Part shown: positions 34,655 through 44,736 of the stretch, in pieces
Position numbering within the stretch: the stretch's first letter is position 1
Layout: every line of letters starts with the position of its first letter
Source of the DNA: a plasmid
Sequence record: OW967251.1
Reading direction: 5' to 3' (one strand)
DNA length: 64,000 nucleotides
Made by a program: the position numbers and the translations under genes
The notes under the pieces: model-generated
What the model saw: the letters and a program-made list of their open reading frames with translations, nothing else
Databases searched by the model: none
Told to the model about the DNA's origin: nothing

Positions 34655-35286
34655 AAAAATTTAATTTTGCTGCTCTACTTCCGGGATTTTTGGCGCTCAA
34701 TAATTCTGTATGGGCAAGTGATTCATCCACCGGAGCAAGTGATTTGCCTGGTATGACCCTTAATGAACATGATTTAGTGATAGCCCCACTTAACACCGAA
34801 GTTCCATTCTACATTGCAGGGCATCGCAGTCATAGCTCCCATCGAAGCCATAGTTCTCACCGATCATCATCAGGTGGCGGGTACTATGGTGGCAGCACTC
34901 CTTATTATCCAAAAACATACAGCTCACCAAGCTCATCTGAGTCTTCAAGTTCAGGAACAAGTTCCTCATCGTCCTCTTCCTCTGTGCGTTCGCTTCGTTC
35001 TAACGACAATAACAACTCTACTACTACGAATTCTGTTGGAACTACAGAAGCTAACCGTGCAAGTAATGGGCTGACTTCTGGTACAGAGAAGCGTAAGCGC
35101 TTAATCATGCGGGTTCAATTCGCTTTGCTGGACAAAGGTTATTACAACGGGAATATTGACGGCATAATGGGGCCTTCCACAAGGCAGTCCATAAAAAATT
35201 ATCGCATTGCGAACGGACTACCAACACCTGCAACTGAAACGCTGGATACTCAATTATTGAACTCGTTAAATATTTTGGCTCGTTAA
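34651..35286 (+). CDS. hxsA: His-Xaa-Ser repeat protein HxsA-like: signal peptide, HRSHSSHRSHSSHRSSS repeat tract, Ser-rich linker, C-terminal peptidoglycan-binding-like domain (211 aa)
   Basis: MKKFNFAALLPGFLALNNSVWA | ...IAGHRSHSSHRSHSSHRSSSGGGYYGG... | SSPSSSESSSSGTSSSSSSSS | ...LLDKGYYNGNIDGIMGPSTRQSIKNYRIANGLPTPATETLDTQLLNSL. Confidence 0.75.
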   Translation: MKKFNFAALLPGFLALNNSVWASDSSTGASDLPGMTLNEHDLVIAPLNTEVPFYIAGHRSHSSHRSHSSHRSSSGGGYYGGSTPYYPKTYSSPSSSESSSSGTSSSSSSSSVRSLRSNDNNNSTTTNSVGTTEANRASNGLTSGTEKRKRLIMRVQFALLDKGYYNGNIDGIMGPSTRQSIKNYRIANGLPTPATETLDTQLLNSLNILAR

Positions 35287-35821
35287 ATCTCAGTGGGGCA
35301 TAAAATGAAAAGTAATAAATTGCATTAGTCGCGTGCACACTATTGGTCACTAAGAGCAAGCAACGTCCGTGAACCACTCCCCATAAATTAAGATATTGCG
35401 ATGTTATCAATGTCCGCTTCTGGCACAAAGCAGACGTTAAGACTTACAGCATCGGGAAACTTCTGGATGCCGCGTCAGCGGCATGGAGGCGCCAGATGAG
35501 GTTACATGTGTCTGTGGCGTCAAATGGCGCCGAAAGCCCGGCGTAGCCGGTTACCGGGCTATAAATTCTGCCACCCTACCCCCTGCCCTGATTAGCCTTA
35601 ACCATCTAACAGCAATGAAGAAGTCAAAGTAATCCCTTTTAACCCCGGTGAGCGGGCTTTACGGCGTTTACGACGTAAAGGGCGTGATTTCCGGGGCCTA
35701 AGCGGCGGCAGCTTGCTGCTGACGCTTAGGGGGATGTTCTTCAGTTATTTGTAAGCGTACAGCGTGAACCGTCTGGTCATAATCTGAAGCATCCGACAAA
35801 GTGGTGTCCACCAAATAAGTA

Positions 35822-36220
35822 GTGGGAACCAAAGTGTCAGATATGCAGAAAAATATGACTCCCGGCAGGCGTAAAGGCTGCCCTAATTATTCTCCTGAGT
35901 TTAAACAGCAACTCGTTGCTGCCTCCTGCGAACCCGGGATATCCATCTCAAAACTGGCGCTTGAAAATGGCATTAATGCCAATCTGCTCTTTAAATGGCG
36001 CCAGCAGTGGCGCGAGGGAAAGCTGCTATTACCTTCCTCTGAGAGTCCTCAGTTACTTCCTGTGACTCTCGATGCCACCGCCGTACAACCAGAACCGCCC
36101 GCTGAGGACTCAGAGCTCAGCATCTGCTGTGAGGTAACGTTCCGGCACGGGACACTCCGCCTCAACGGCACTGTCAGCGAAAAGCTTCTGACTCTGCTGA
36201 TACAGGAACTGAAGCGATGA
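35822..36220 (+). CDS. tnpA: IS66 family accessory protein TnpA (orf1)
   Basis: MQKNMTPGRRKGCPNYSPEFKQQLVAASCEPGISISKLALENGINANLLFKWRQQW... Confidence 0.85.
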   Translation: MGTKVSDMQKNMTPGRRKGCPNYSPEFKQQLVAASCEPGISISKLALENGINANLLFKWRQQWREGKLLLPSSESPQLLPVTLDATAVQPEPPAEDSELSICCEVTFRHGTLRLNGTVSEKLLTLLIQELKR

Positions 36221-36564
36221 TCCCGCTACCAACAGGCATCAAAATCTGGCTGGTTGCCGGTATTACCGATATGAGAAACGGCTTCAACGGGCTGGCTGCA
36301 AAAGTGCAGACGGCGCTGAAAGACGAACCGATGTCCGGCCATGTCTTCATCTTCCGGGGCCGCAGCGGCAGTCAGGTTAAACTTCTGTGGTCCACCGGCG
36401 ACGGGCTGTGCCTGCTGACCAAACGGCTGGAGCGCGGGCGCTTCGCCTGGCCGTCAGCTCGCGATGGCAAAGTGTTCCTGACCCCGGCGCAGCTGGCAAT
36501 GCTGCTGGAAGGCATCGACTGGCGACAGCCGAAGCGGTTGCTGACCTCCCTGACCATGCTGTAG
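36217..36564 (+). CDS. tnpB: IS66 family TnpB (orf2)
   Basis: MIPLPTGIKIWLVAGITDMRNGFNGLAAKVQTALKDEPMSGHVFIFRGRSGSQVKLLWSTGDGLCLLTKRLERGRF... Confidence 0.85.
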   Translation: MIPLPTGIKIWLVAGITDMRNGFNGLAAKVQTALKDEPMSGHVFIFRGRSGSQVKLLWSTGDGLCLLTKRLERGRFAWPSARDGKVFLTPAQLAMLLEGIDWRQPKRLLTSLTML

Positions 36565-36613
36565 GCTTCTTTATCCTGGTTGTCGCAGAATAAGCCTGGT
36601 AAAATGCTGGCTT

Positions 36614-38151
36614 ATGAATGACATCTCTTCTGACGACATCCTTCTGCTGAAACAGCGCCTTGCCGAACAGGAAGCGCTGAACCGTGCCCTGCTGGAAAAG
36701 CTGGCAGACCGGGAGCGCGAAATAGACCATCTGCAGGCGCAGCTGGATAAACTTCGCCGGATGAACTTCGGCAGCCGTTCCGAAAAAGTCTCCCGCCGTA
36801 TCGCACAAATGGAAGCCGATCTGAACCGGCTTCAGAAAGAGAGCGATACGCTGACCGGTCGGGTGGATGACCCGGCAGTACAGCGCACTCTGCGTCAGAC
36901 CCGCACCCGCAAACCGTTCCCCGAATCACTCCCCCGCGATGAAAAACGCCTGCGGCCAGCGGGTTCCTGCTGCCCGGAGTGTGGTGGTGCGCTGAGTTAC
37001 CTGGGTGAGGATGCCGCTGAACAGCTGGAGCTGATGCGCAGCGCCTTCCGGGTGATCCGGACCGTACGGGAAAAACATGCCTGCACAAAATGTGATGCCA
37101 TCGTGCAGGCCCCCGCGCCTTCGCGCCCCATTGAGCGGGGTATCGCCGGACCGGGGCTGATGGCCCGCGTGCTGACCTCAAAGTATGCAGAGCACACACC
37201 GCTGTATCGTCAGTCTGAAATATACGGTCGCCAGGGCGTGGAACTGAGCCGTTCACTGCTGTCGGGCTGGGTGGATGCATGCTGCCGGCTGCTGTCCCCG
37301 CTGGAGGAGGCGCTTCAGGACTATGTCCTGACTGAAGGTAAACTCCATGCCGATGATACCCCGGTCCAGGTGCTGTTGCCGGGCAATAAGAAGACGAAGA
37401 CCGGGCGGTTGTGGACGTATGTTCGTGATGACCGCAACGCCGGGTCAGCGCTGGCACCGGCGGTGTGGTTCGCCTACAGCCCGACAGAAAAGGCATCCAT
37501 CCGCAGACCCATCTTGCGGGGTTCAGCGGTGTGCTACAGGCGGATGCGTACGCCGGGTTCAACGAGCTGTACCGCGATGGCCGGATAACGGAAGCCGCCT
37601 GCTGGGCTCACGCCCGCCGTAAAATCCACGATGTGCACGTTCGCACGCCGTCAGCCCTGACGGAGGAAGCCCTGAAGCGTATCGGCGAACTGTATGCCGT
37701 GGAGGCGGAAATAAGAGGAATGCTGGCGGAACAACGGCTTGCTGAACGTCAGCGGAAAACGAAACCGCTGCTTAGTACCCTGGAAAGCTGGTTGCGTGAA
37801 AAAATGAAAACGCTGTCGCGACACTCGGAGCTGGCAAAGGCGTTCACGTACACCCTGAACCAGTGGCCGGCCCTGACGTACTATGCAGAAAACGGCTGGG
37901 CCGAAGCCGATAATAACATCGCTGAAAATGCGCTGCGGATGGTCAGTCTGGGTCGTAAAAACTGGTTGTTCTTCGGCTCAGACCACGGTGGTGAGCGGGG
38001 AGCGTTGCTGTACAGTCTGATCGGGACGTGCAAACTGAACGGCGTGGATCCAGAAAGCTACCTTCGCCATGTCCTTGACGTCATAGCTGACTGGCCGGTC
38101 AACCGGGTCAGCGAGCTGCTACCCTGGCGCATCACACTGCCAACTGAATAA
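36614..38151 (+). pseudogene. tnpC: IS66 family transposase TnpC, interrupted by a frameshift near 37490
   Basis: ORF 36614..37588 (N-terminal leucine zipper, zinc-finger CPECGG, DDE region) and ORF 37465..38151 (C-terminus) are in different frames; junction ...VWFAYSP|[13 protein letters not shown]. Confidence 0.75.
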
Positions 38152-38191
38152 CACATCCCCGTCAATACGGTTCTCGCTGTACGCTTACAAA

Positions 38192-38603
38192 TCCCTGGAA
38201 AGCTGGCTGCGTGAAAAGATGAAAACCCTGTCGCGACACTCAGAACTGGCGAAAGCGATCGCATACGCCCTGAACCAGTGGCCGGCGCTGACGTACTATG
38301 CAGATGATGGCTGGGCTGAGGCGGACAATAACATCGCTGAAAATGCGCTGCGGATGGTCAGTCTGGGCCGCAAAAACTACCTGTTCTTCGGTTCGGATCA
38401 TGGAGGAGAGCGGGGAGCGCTGCTGTACAACCTGATCGGGACGTGCAAACTGAACGGAGTGGAGCCAGAAAGCTACCTCCGCTATGTCCTTGACGTCATA
38501 GCCGACTGGCCGATAAACCGGGTCGGCGAACTGCTCCCCTGGCGCGTAGCACTGCCGACTGAATAACACATCCCCGTCAATACGGTTCTTGCTGCACGCT
38601 TAC
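38192..38603 (+). mobile_element. tandem second copy of an IS66-family right end (about 410 bp, roughly 85-90% identical to 37778-38188), including a TnpC C-terminal ORF (38219..38566)
   Basis: [47 protein letters not shown]... parallels the 37465..38151 C-terminus; ends ...gcacgcttac at 38603. Confidence 0.8.
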
Positions 38604-39909
38604 TTAAATTCTTTGATGTAAACAATATCATACTCAGGAAATAACAACGCCCAGTTCACCTTACGTTCAGAAAGCCGTTTTCTTCTGACCCCTTCGGCTG
38701 CACCGAGGGGGACAGTCGCTCAGGCATCCCCGGTAACTCTACCGGGCGTATTGCCATTCCTGAATGAGGATCGCTTTTTAACCCCCGCGATCCGATGGCC
38801 AGTATTTCACTATCCCGACAAACATGGCGGGTATCTCAGACGGCCGTCAGACCGCTAACTCACGTACCACCGGTGCCGCCATGGCCAACAGACTCCGAAC
38901 ATGCGTAAGAGTGGAGACACTGGAAAGCTGTGTTCATCCCATTTGCCTTGCCTGGAAATGAAGAAAACTACTTTACTTATTAAAATGTACGTTTGAAAAG
39001 TAGACTTCTGCGGTACACTCTGACGGTATCATTTACACGCATCGTGCCGGATGATTTCGGTCCGGACACAGCCTTGGACTAGAGTTCTCCTGGTCTCTAG
39101 CACAACCATAATCAGTGCTGGTACGTCAGCCTACTCAGAAAACCATGTTAGCCGGAAAACCGCCTTCTTTCCTCCCCGGCCTGAAGGACGAGGTTTCCCC
39201 AAGGCATCACGGTATCTGGTTGCATTATTTTCCACGGCCCCGGGTTGCTGTCTGTGCTGCGATGTTGCCGCCTTTCGCACTAAAAACTTTCACTATCACC
39301 TACTGACTGCCTATTCTGCCGAACAATACATTGCACAGCAATTTACGGTTAGTAGCGTCAAACCCGGGTCAGGATCTTAGGCGAAGGTGGGAAAAATACA
39401 GCTCAGCATTTCAGACGTTTTCCGCAGCGAGCCGTGCCGTCCGCAGTGGGACTACCCTGTGTTCATTGCTGTACCTGACCAACTCGGCCATGTAATCCCT
39501 TCCGGCTTTTTCAGCGAGATAAGACCTGCCGCATATAAAAAAGTTGGCTACATGCTACTGGTGAGCGTTCATTACAAACCCAGCTGGTTGAGTACAAAAA
39601 ACAGACAGCTAAATTTACATTTCTTGCCATGGCCTGCCGTCTGTGCTCCCACCTTTTTACCTTGTTCTGGGTCAATAAAAAAGAAAACATCTATGATGCA
39701 AATCACTACATTTACAAATTAGAATGCATCTTGTAAACAAAGACATACATAACTCTATTATGTGTCATCCAGCCTCTGTTCGGTGATACTGCCAGATCAC
39801 TTTGCGTTAAAACAGAGTCTTTTTTTTGGTGGCAAGACTTCGCTCAACTAGTCGTTCCGTCACAGAAGCGCATATAGTGTCGGAGGCCGCCCTGATTCCC
39901 GGAGGCGAT

Positions 39910-40023
39910 ATGAACAGAGTGTGTCTATGCATTCTTGTTCTAACTCTCTTTGGCTACCCTGTTGGTAGTCAAAGTGGTTGGTCTATATATGTCAGCCATA
40001 TCAATGTAAATATTTCTTTATAA
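39910..40023 (+). CDS. candidate small hydrophobic peptide (37 aa) with strong Shine-Dalgarno, followed by an intrinsic terminator
   Basis: ggagg-N4-atg; MNRVCLCILVLTLFGYPVGSQSGWSIYVSHINVNISL; speculative. Confidence 0.3.
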   Translation: MNRVCLCILVLTLFGYPVGSQSGWSIYVSHINVNISL

Positions 40024-40042
40024 ATCAGATGGTAATAAACAA

Positions 40043-40072
40043 AAAAACCACCTGCCAGGGTGGTTTTTTTGC
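40043..40072. terminator. bidirectional rho-independent terminator: 12-bp perfect stem aaaaaaaccacc/ggtggttttttt with 6-nt loop
   Basis: direct reading; A-tract and T-tract on either side. Confidence 0.8.
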
Positions 40073-40386
40073 GTTTCCTCTTTCACATTAAAGAACTGGC
40101 AAGACTTCGCTCACGGCAAATTATGCTTTGTCCATCATAGACCCGCAACGGATTTATTAGCCAAAATGGCGTATTTTCTATGACAGGAATCAACAAAATC
40201 ACTCACCTGACTGTGCTAATCACCGACAGTGATCAGATGAAATAAAGGCTATTTGCATTTAGGGCATTTTAGACCGGCTCTATGTCCTGCTATGTGCTAA
40301 CTTTTCCAGTTTAATGGCCTCTCGTCGAGTTGTGTGGCAACAGTGTTGCCACCGGCGGAAATCCGCCGGTTTGAATGCTTTTTTGT

Positions 40387-42120
40387 TCAGCATGCGACGA
40401 GGTGCCCGTCGCCAAAATCGGTAAAGCGCTGCGGTACTCTCTGATAGCCGATGGGTTTGATCGGTTCTGGTCTTATCGGCATTGCGCTGGTGGCTCGGGG
40501 TTGCCGTCTTTGCTGAACGTCAGGTATAGGAACGGCGCTGAGCAAGTGCTGAGTATAAGGATGCTGCGGATGGTGCAACACTCGATCTCGTGGGCCGATC
40601 TCCACGAGCTGGCCGCCAAACATCACCGCTACCCGGTGGCAGATGCGCTCCACCACCGCCATATCATGGGAAATAAACAGATAGCTGAGCCGATAGCGCT
40701 GACGCAAATCTTCCAGCAGCGTCAGCACCTGCGCCTGTACTGAAACATCCAGCGCGGAAACCGATTCATCGGCGATGATCACTTTCGGGTTCAGCGCCAG
40801 CGCGCGGGCAATGCAAATGCGCTGGCGCTGGCCGCCGGAAAACTGGTGCGGATAACGCCGCATCGCTTCCGCTGGCAGGCCGACCTGCTGCAATAGCTGC
40901 GCCACCCGCTCCGTGCGCTGTACTGCGGGCATCTGCTCATGAATCAGCAGCGGCTCCCCAACCAGGTCGAAAATAGTTTTGCGCGGATTGAGCGCCGCCC
41001 AGGGATCCTGAAACACCATCTGCAAATCGCGGCGTACCGCTCTTAACGCCTCGTCCTTCAGGCCGTGCAGCTCCTGTCCGTTAAGCTGCGCGCTGCCGCT
41101 AAATGGCACCATATTCATCAGCGCTTTTGCCGTCGTCGATTTACCGCAGCCGCTTTCACCGACGATGCCCAACGTCTCGCCGGGGAAAAGATCGAAGCTG
41201 ACGCCATCGACGGCATGGACTTCGCGACGCACGCGCAGGCCGTCGCCGCGCACCGGAAAGCGCACGCTGAGGTCGCGGACGCTGAGCAACGGTCGCGTCG
41301 CCTCGACCGGCGCCAGCGCGGGCGCCTGGCCCAGCACCGGTACCGCCTGCAACAGCTGGCGGGTATAAGCCGCCTGCGGCGAGGTAAACAGCGTTTTTGC
41401 CGGAGCCTGCTCCATGATTTTGCCGTGACTCATGACCAGCACATCATCGGCCATTTCTGCCACCACTCCCATATCGTGGGTGATCAACAGCAGGCTGGTG
41501 GAAAACGCCTGCTGCAGTTCGCGCATCAACTCGAGGATCTGCGCCTGAATAGTGACGTCGAGGGCCGTGGTCGGCTCATCGGCAATCAGCACCTGTGGCT
41601 GGCACAGCATTGCCATGGCGATCATCACCCGCTGGCGCATACCGCCGGAAAGCTCGTGCGGATACTGTTGCAGGCGCTTCTCCACATGACTGATTTTGAC
41701 CGCGTCCAGCATCGTGCTGACCCGGCTGCGCCGTTCACGGCGGCCCAGCACTTCGTGGCGTTGCAGCGTCTCTTCCAGCTGCTGGCCCACCGTCATCAGC
41801 GGATTGAGCGAGGTCATCGGTTCCTGAAAAATCATGGCAACCGACTTGCCGCGCAGCAACTGCATTTGCCGCTCCGGCAGGCTGAGCAAATCCTGGTTAT
41901 CAAAAATAATCGCGCCGCCTGGAATCTGTGCCTCCTCCGGAAGCAAACCCATGATCGCCAGCGAAGTCAGCGATTTACCGCTGCCCGACTCGCCGGCAAT
42001 GCACAGAGTTTTTCCCGGCCAGAGCGCAAAGCTGACGTCATCCACCACCCGCTGTGTACCAAACTGGATCGACAGGCGCTCGACCGAGAGCAGCGGCGCC
42101 GGAAATAGGACTGCTGACAT
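40387..42120 (-). CDS. fused double ABC ATPase of a peptide/opine-type importer (GsiA/DppD-DppF-like, 577 aa)
   Basis: two Walker A motifs ([16 protein letters not shown]) and two LSGG signatures; start [11 protein letters not shown]... (ORF call extended upstream). Confidence 0.85.
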   Translation of the reverse strand: MSAVLFPAPLLSVERLSIQFGTQRVVDDVSFALWPGKTLCIAGESGSGKSLTSLAIMGLLPEEAQIPGGAIIFDNQDLLSLPERQMQLLRGKSVAMIFQEPMTSLNPLMTVGQQLEETLQRHEVLGRRERRSRVSTMLDAVKISHVEKRLQQYPHELSGGMRQRVMIAMAMLCQPQVLIADEPTTALDVTIQAQILELMRELQQAFSTSLLLITHDMGVVAEMADDVLVMSHGKIMEQAPAKTLFTSPQAAYTRQLLQAVPVLGQAPALAPVEATRPLLSVRDLSVRFPVRGDGLRVRREVHAVDGVSFDLFPGETLGIVGESGCGKSTTAKALMNMVPFSGSAQLNGQELHGLKDEALRAVRRDLQMVFQDPWAALNPRKTIFDLVGEPLLIHEQMPAVQRTERVAQLLQQVGLPAEAMRRYPHQFSGGQRQRICIARALALNPKVIIADESVSALDVSVQAQVLTLLEDLRQRYRLSYLFISHDMAVVERICHRVAVMFGGQLVEIGPRDRVLHHPQHPYTQHLLSAVPIPDVQQRRQPRATSAMPIRPEPIKPIGYQRVPQRFTDFGDGHLVAC

Positions 42121-42127
42121 AACGCTC

Positions 42128-43075
42128 CTAATTAAACACGCTGTTGGGAAAATAGAACGACACCACCCAGTTAGGCCGATCGACGATTTCGCTGATGCGC
42201 AGATCGCCGCACACGGAGCAGAGCATATAGGCCTCTTCCGCCGACATCCCTTGTTCGCGGCACAGCGCATCGATGGTATAGCTTACCGCGTCGCGGGCGG
42301 CGGTCATCAGGTCAGGGCCAATGCCGGTGAAGGCGCTGTAGCCGTGCCGATCCAGATGTTGGGTCACTGGGCCAGGGGTGGCGAAACGCGGCGTTTTCAG
42401 CGGCATATCTTTAACCACTTCCAGCTTCACCACCACGTCCATCGCGCTTTCAATCGCCGTGCCGCAGACTTCACCATCGCCCTGCGCGGCGTGGGTGTCA
42501 CCAATAGAAAACAACGCGCCTTCTACTTCCACCGGTAGCCATAATGTGCAGCCAGCGGCCAGATCGCGAATATCCAGATTGCCGCCCACGCGGCGCGGCG
42601 GCACCACCGAATGATGGCCCGCGGCGGCGGGAGCGACGCCGAGGGTACCGGCGAAGGGTTTCAGCGGTACGCGGCCATATCGGCCAAAGGCGCAGGGGGT
42701 TAAGCCCTGGCGGTCATATTGCCACAGCGTCAGCGCCGGATCAGAAAACTGATCGGCCAGCAGGCCGAAGCCCGGGATATTCGCAGTCCAGCCAAAGCCG
42801 CTGGGACGAAAGGATTCCAGCGTCACCTTTAGCGCATCGCCCGGCTGAGCGCCTTCCACATAGACCGGGCCACTGACCGGGTTGAGCTTATCAAACGGCA
42901 GCGTTGGGATATCCGCTGCGGTAGAACCGGCGTTGAACCAGCCGTTAGCCGCATCCAGGCAGTGAAACTCCAGTTGGCTGCCGGAAGCTACGTGCAGGAC
43001 CGGGCTCAGGCTGTTATCCCAGCCGAAATGATGTTGAGCATGATGAATGGTCTTCACCAGACAATTTTGGCACAT
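42128..43075 (-). CDS. acetamidase/formamidase family amidohydrolase (FmdA/AmdA-like, 315 aa)
   Basis: family-typical motifs ...GPVYVEGAQPGDALKV..., ...GGNLDIRDLAAGCTLWLPVEVEGALFSIGDTHAAQGDGEV... Confidence 0.75.
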   Translation of the reverse strand: MCQNCLVKTIHHAQHHFGWDNSLSPVLHVASGSQLEFHCLDAANGWFNAGSTAADIPTLPFDKLNPVSGPVYVEGAQPGDALKVTLESFRPSGFGWTANIPGFGLLADQFSDPALTLWQYDRQGLTPCAFGRYGRVPLKPFAGTLGVAPAAAGHHSVVPPRRVGGNLDIRDLAAGCTLWLPVEVEGALFSIGDTHAAQGDGEVCGTAIESAMDVVVKLEVVKDMPLKTPRFATPGPVTQHLDRHGYSAFTGIGPDLMTAARDAVSYTIDALCREQGMSAEEAYMLCSVCGDLRISEIVDRPNWVVSFYFPNSVFN

Positions 43076-43119
43076 CCTGACTCTCCTTTAAGCAGCGGCG
43101 CCGTCCCGGCGCCATCAAA

Positions 43120-44727
43120 TTATTTCAGTCCGATATAGTCGTAGTTGACTGGTACATGCACTGGATCGACATACAGCGCGTCCTCGCCCCCCATGCGTGC
43201 GGAATGTACGGTGTAGCGCTTCTCGTTGAATACCGGCACCCAGGGCGCGTCATCCATTGCAGTGATGAAGATTTTGCGCCAGGCTTCAATGCGCGCGTCC
43301 TGCTGGTCGGGTTTCACCATGCTGTCCGCCGCGGCCGCCTGCGCGTCCAGCGCTTTGTTGCAGTAGCGCGCCCAGTTCCAGCCGCCCTCTACCGCCCCGG
43401 CGCAGCCGAGGATCGGGCCATAGAAGTTGGAGGGATCCGGGAAATCGGCGATCCACGCCATGCCGCCGGACCAGACCATCGGCGCTTGGCTGGCGGAGCC
43501 GCCCGCCGCAATCACATTCGCCTGCGCCAGGGATTTGATGCTGGCGTGGATGCCCACTTTGGCCAGATCCTGCTGGATAGACTGAGCGATACGCGGCTGC
43601 GGATCGGTATTCATCACGTACAGTTCGGTAGCAAAACCGTTGGGGAAACCCGCTTCGCTGAGCAGTTGCTTCGCTTTTGCCGGGTCGTAGCTGAAACCCT
43701 GATATGCCTTGTCATAACCGGGCATGGCGGGTGGCAGTGGCTGGTTGGCCGGCGCCGCGCGTCCATTAATGATGCGCACGATGCGATCTTTGTTGACCGC
43801 CATGTTCACCGCCTGGCGGACTTTGAGATTATCGAAAGGCGGCAGCGTGGTTTTCATCGTCACGTAGCCGGTCTGCAACTGGTCGCCGGTGACCATCAGG
43901 CCCTTATAGGCCGGGTTGTTTTTAAACGACAGAAACTGTGCGGGCGGTACGCCGTCGCCGGCAATATCCACTTCGCCTTTTTCCAGCCGCAGCAGAGCGA
44001 CCGAGGGATCCTGTCCCATTTCGAACTTTATGTGATCCAGCCGCGGCACGCCGGCTTTAAAGTAGTTCGGGTTTTTGCGGAAGATCAGCTCCTGGCCCAG
44101 CTTCCACTCCTGGAGCTCAAACGCGCCGCTGCCGACCGGATGCTTGCCGAAGTCGGCACCCCATTTCTCCACCTCCTCACGGGGAACCACCGAGGCAAAG
44201 TTCAGCGCCAGCACATGCAGGAAGGTGGCGTTGGGCTCTTTCAGAGTGATTTTTACCGTATGATCGTCGACGACCTCGATACCGCTCAGGGTCGTGCTTT
44301 TACCGCTGGCCTCCTCGTCATAGCCCGCGATGGGACTGAAGAACCCGGCGCCCGGACTTTGGGTTTTCGGGTTGACTGTGCGTTCCAGAGAATATTTCAC
44401 GTCCGCCGCCGTGACCTCGCGGCCGTTGTGGAATTTCACCCCTTTGCGTAGCACAAAGGTGTAGACCTTGCCGTCCTCGGAAATGGCGTAGCTCTCCGCC
44501 AGGTCGTTCACCAACTCGGTGGTGCCGGGACGATAGTCCATCAGGCCGTCGAACAGGCTTTTGATCATCGACCAGTTTTGCCAGTCATAGCCAATGGCCG
44601 GATCGAGGGTCGCCACGTCGTTCTGGTAGGTCACCACGATATCGCCGCCAGTCTTCTCGTCAGCCTGCGCGCCATAAGAGAAACAGGCCGCGGCCACCGC
44701 CATTGTCAATAACGCATTTTTCATCAT
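43120..44727 (-). CDS. ABC transporter substrate-binding protein, family 5 (peptide/nickel/opine type), with signal peptide
   Basis: MMKNALLTMAVAAACFSYGAQA signal; 535 aa. Confidence 0.85.
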   Translation of the reverse strand: MMKNALLTMAVAAACFSYGAQADEKTGGDIVVTYQNDVATLDPAIGYDWQNWSMIKSLFDGLMDYRPGTTELVNDLAESYAISEDGKVYTFVLRKGVKFHNGREVTAADVKYSLERTVNPKTQSPGAGFFSPIAGYDEEASGKSTTLSGIEVVDDHTVKITLKEPNATFLHVLALNFASVVPREEVEKWGADFGKHPVGSGAFELQEWKLGQELIFRKNPNYFKAGVPRLDHIKFEMGQDPSVALLRLEKGEVDIAGDGVPPAQFLSFKNNPAYKGLMVTGDQLQTGYVTMKTTLPPFDNLKVRQAVNMAVNKDRIVRIINGRAAPANQPLPPAMPGYDKAYQGFSYDPAKAKQLLSEAGFPNGFATELYVMNTDPQPRIAQSIQQDLAKVGIHASIKSLAQANVIAAGGSASQAPMVWSGGMAWIADFPDPSNFYGPILGCAGAVEGGWNWARYCNKALDAQAAAADSMVKPDQQDARIEAWRKIFITAMDDAPWVPVFNEKRYTVHSARMGGEDALYVDPVHVPVNYDYIGLK

Positions 44728-44736
44728 CTTCCCCTG

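Larger units (their letters stand above)
35751..38188 (+). mobile_element. IS66-family insertion sequence (2438 bp) with GTAAGCG... termini
   Basis: IRL gtaagcgtacagcg at 35751, IRR cgctgtacgcttac ending 38188; tnpA/tnpB/tnpC gene set. Confidence 0.85.

Noticed and set aside
36612-37562. 316-aa ORF on - strand inside the IS66 element
   Set aside because: Antisense to tnpC; no motifs.
41065-42108. 347-aa ORF on + strand
   Set aside because: Antisense to the double ABC ATPase gene.
43156-44451. 431-aa ORF on + strand
   Set aside because: Antisense to the substrate-binding protein gene.
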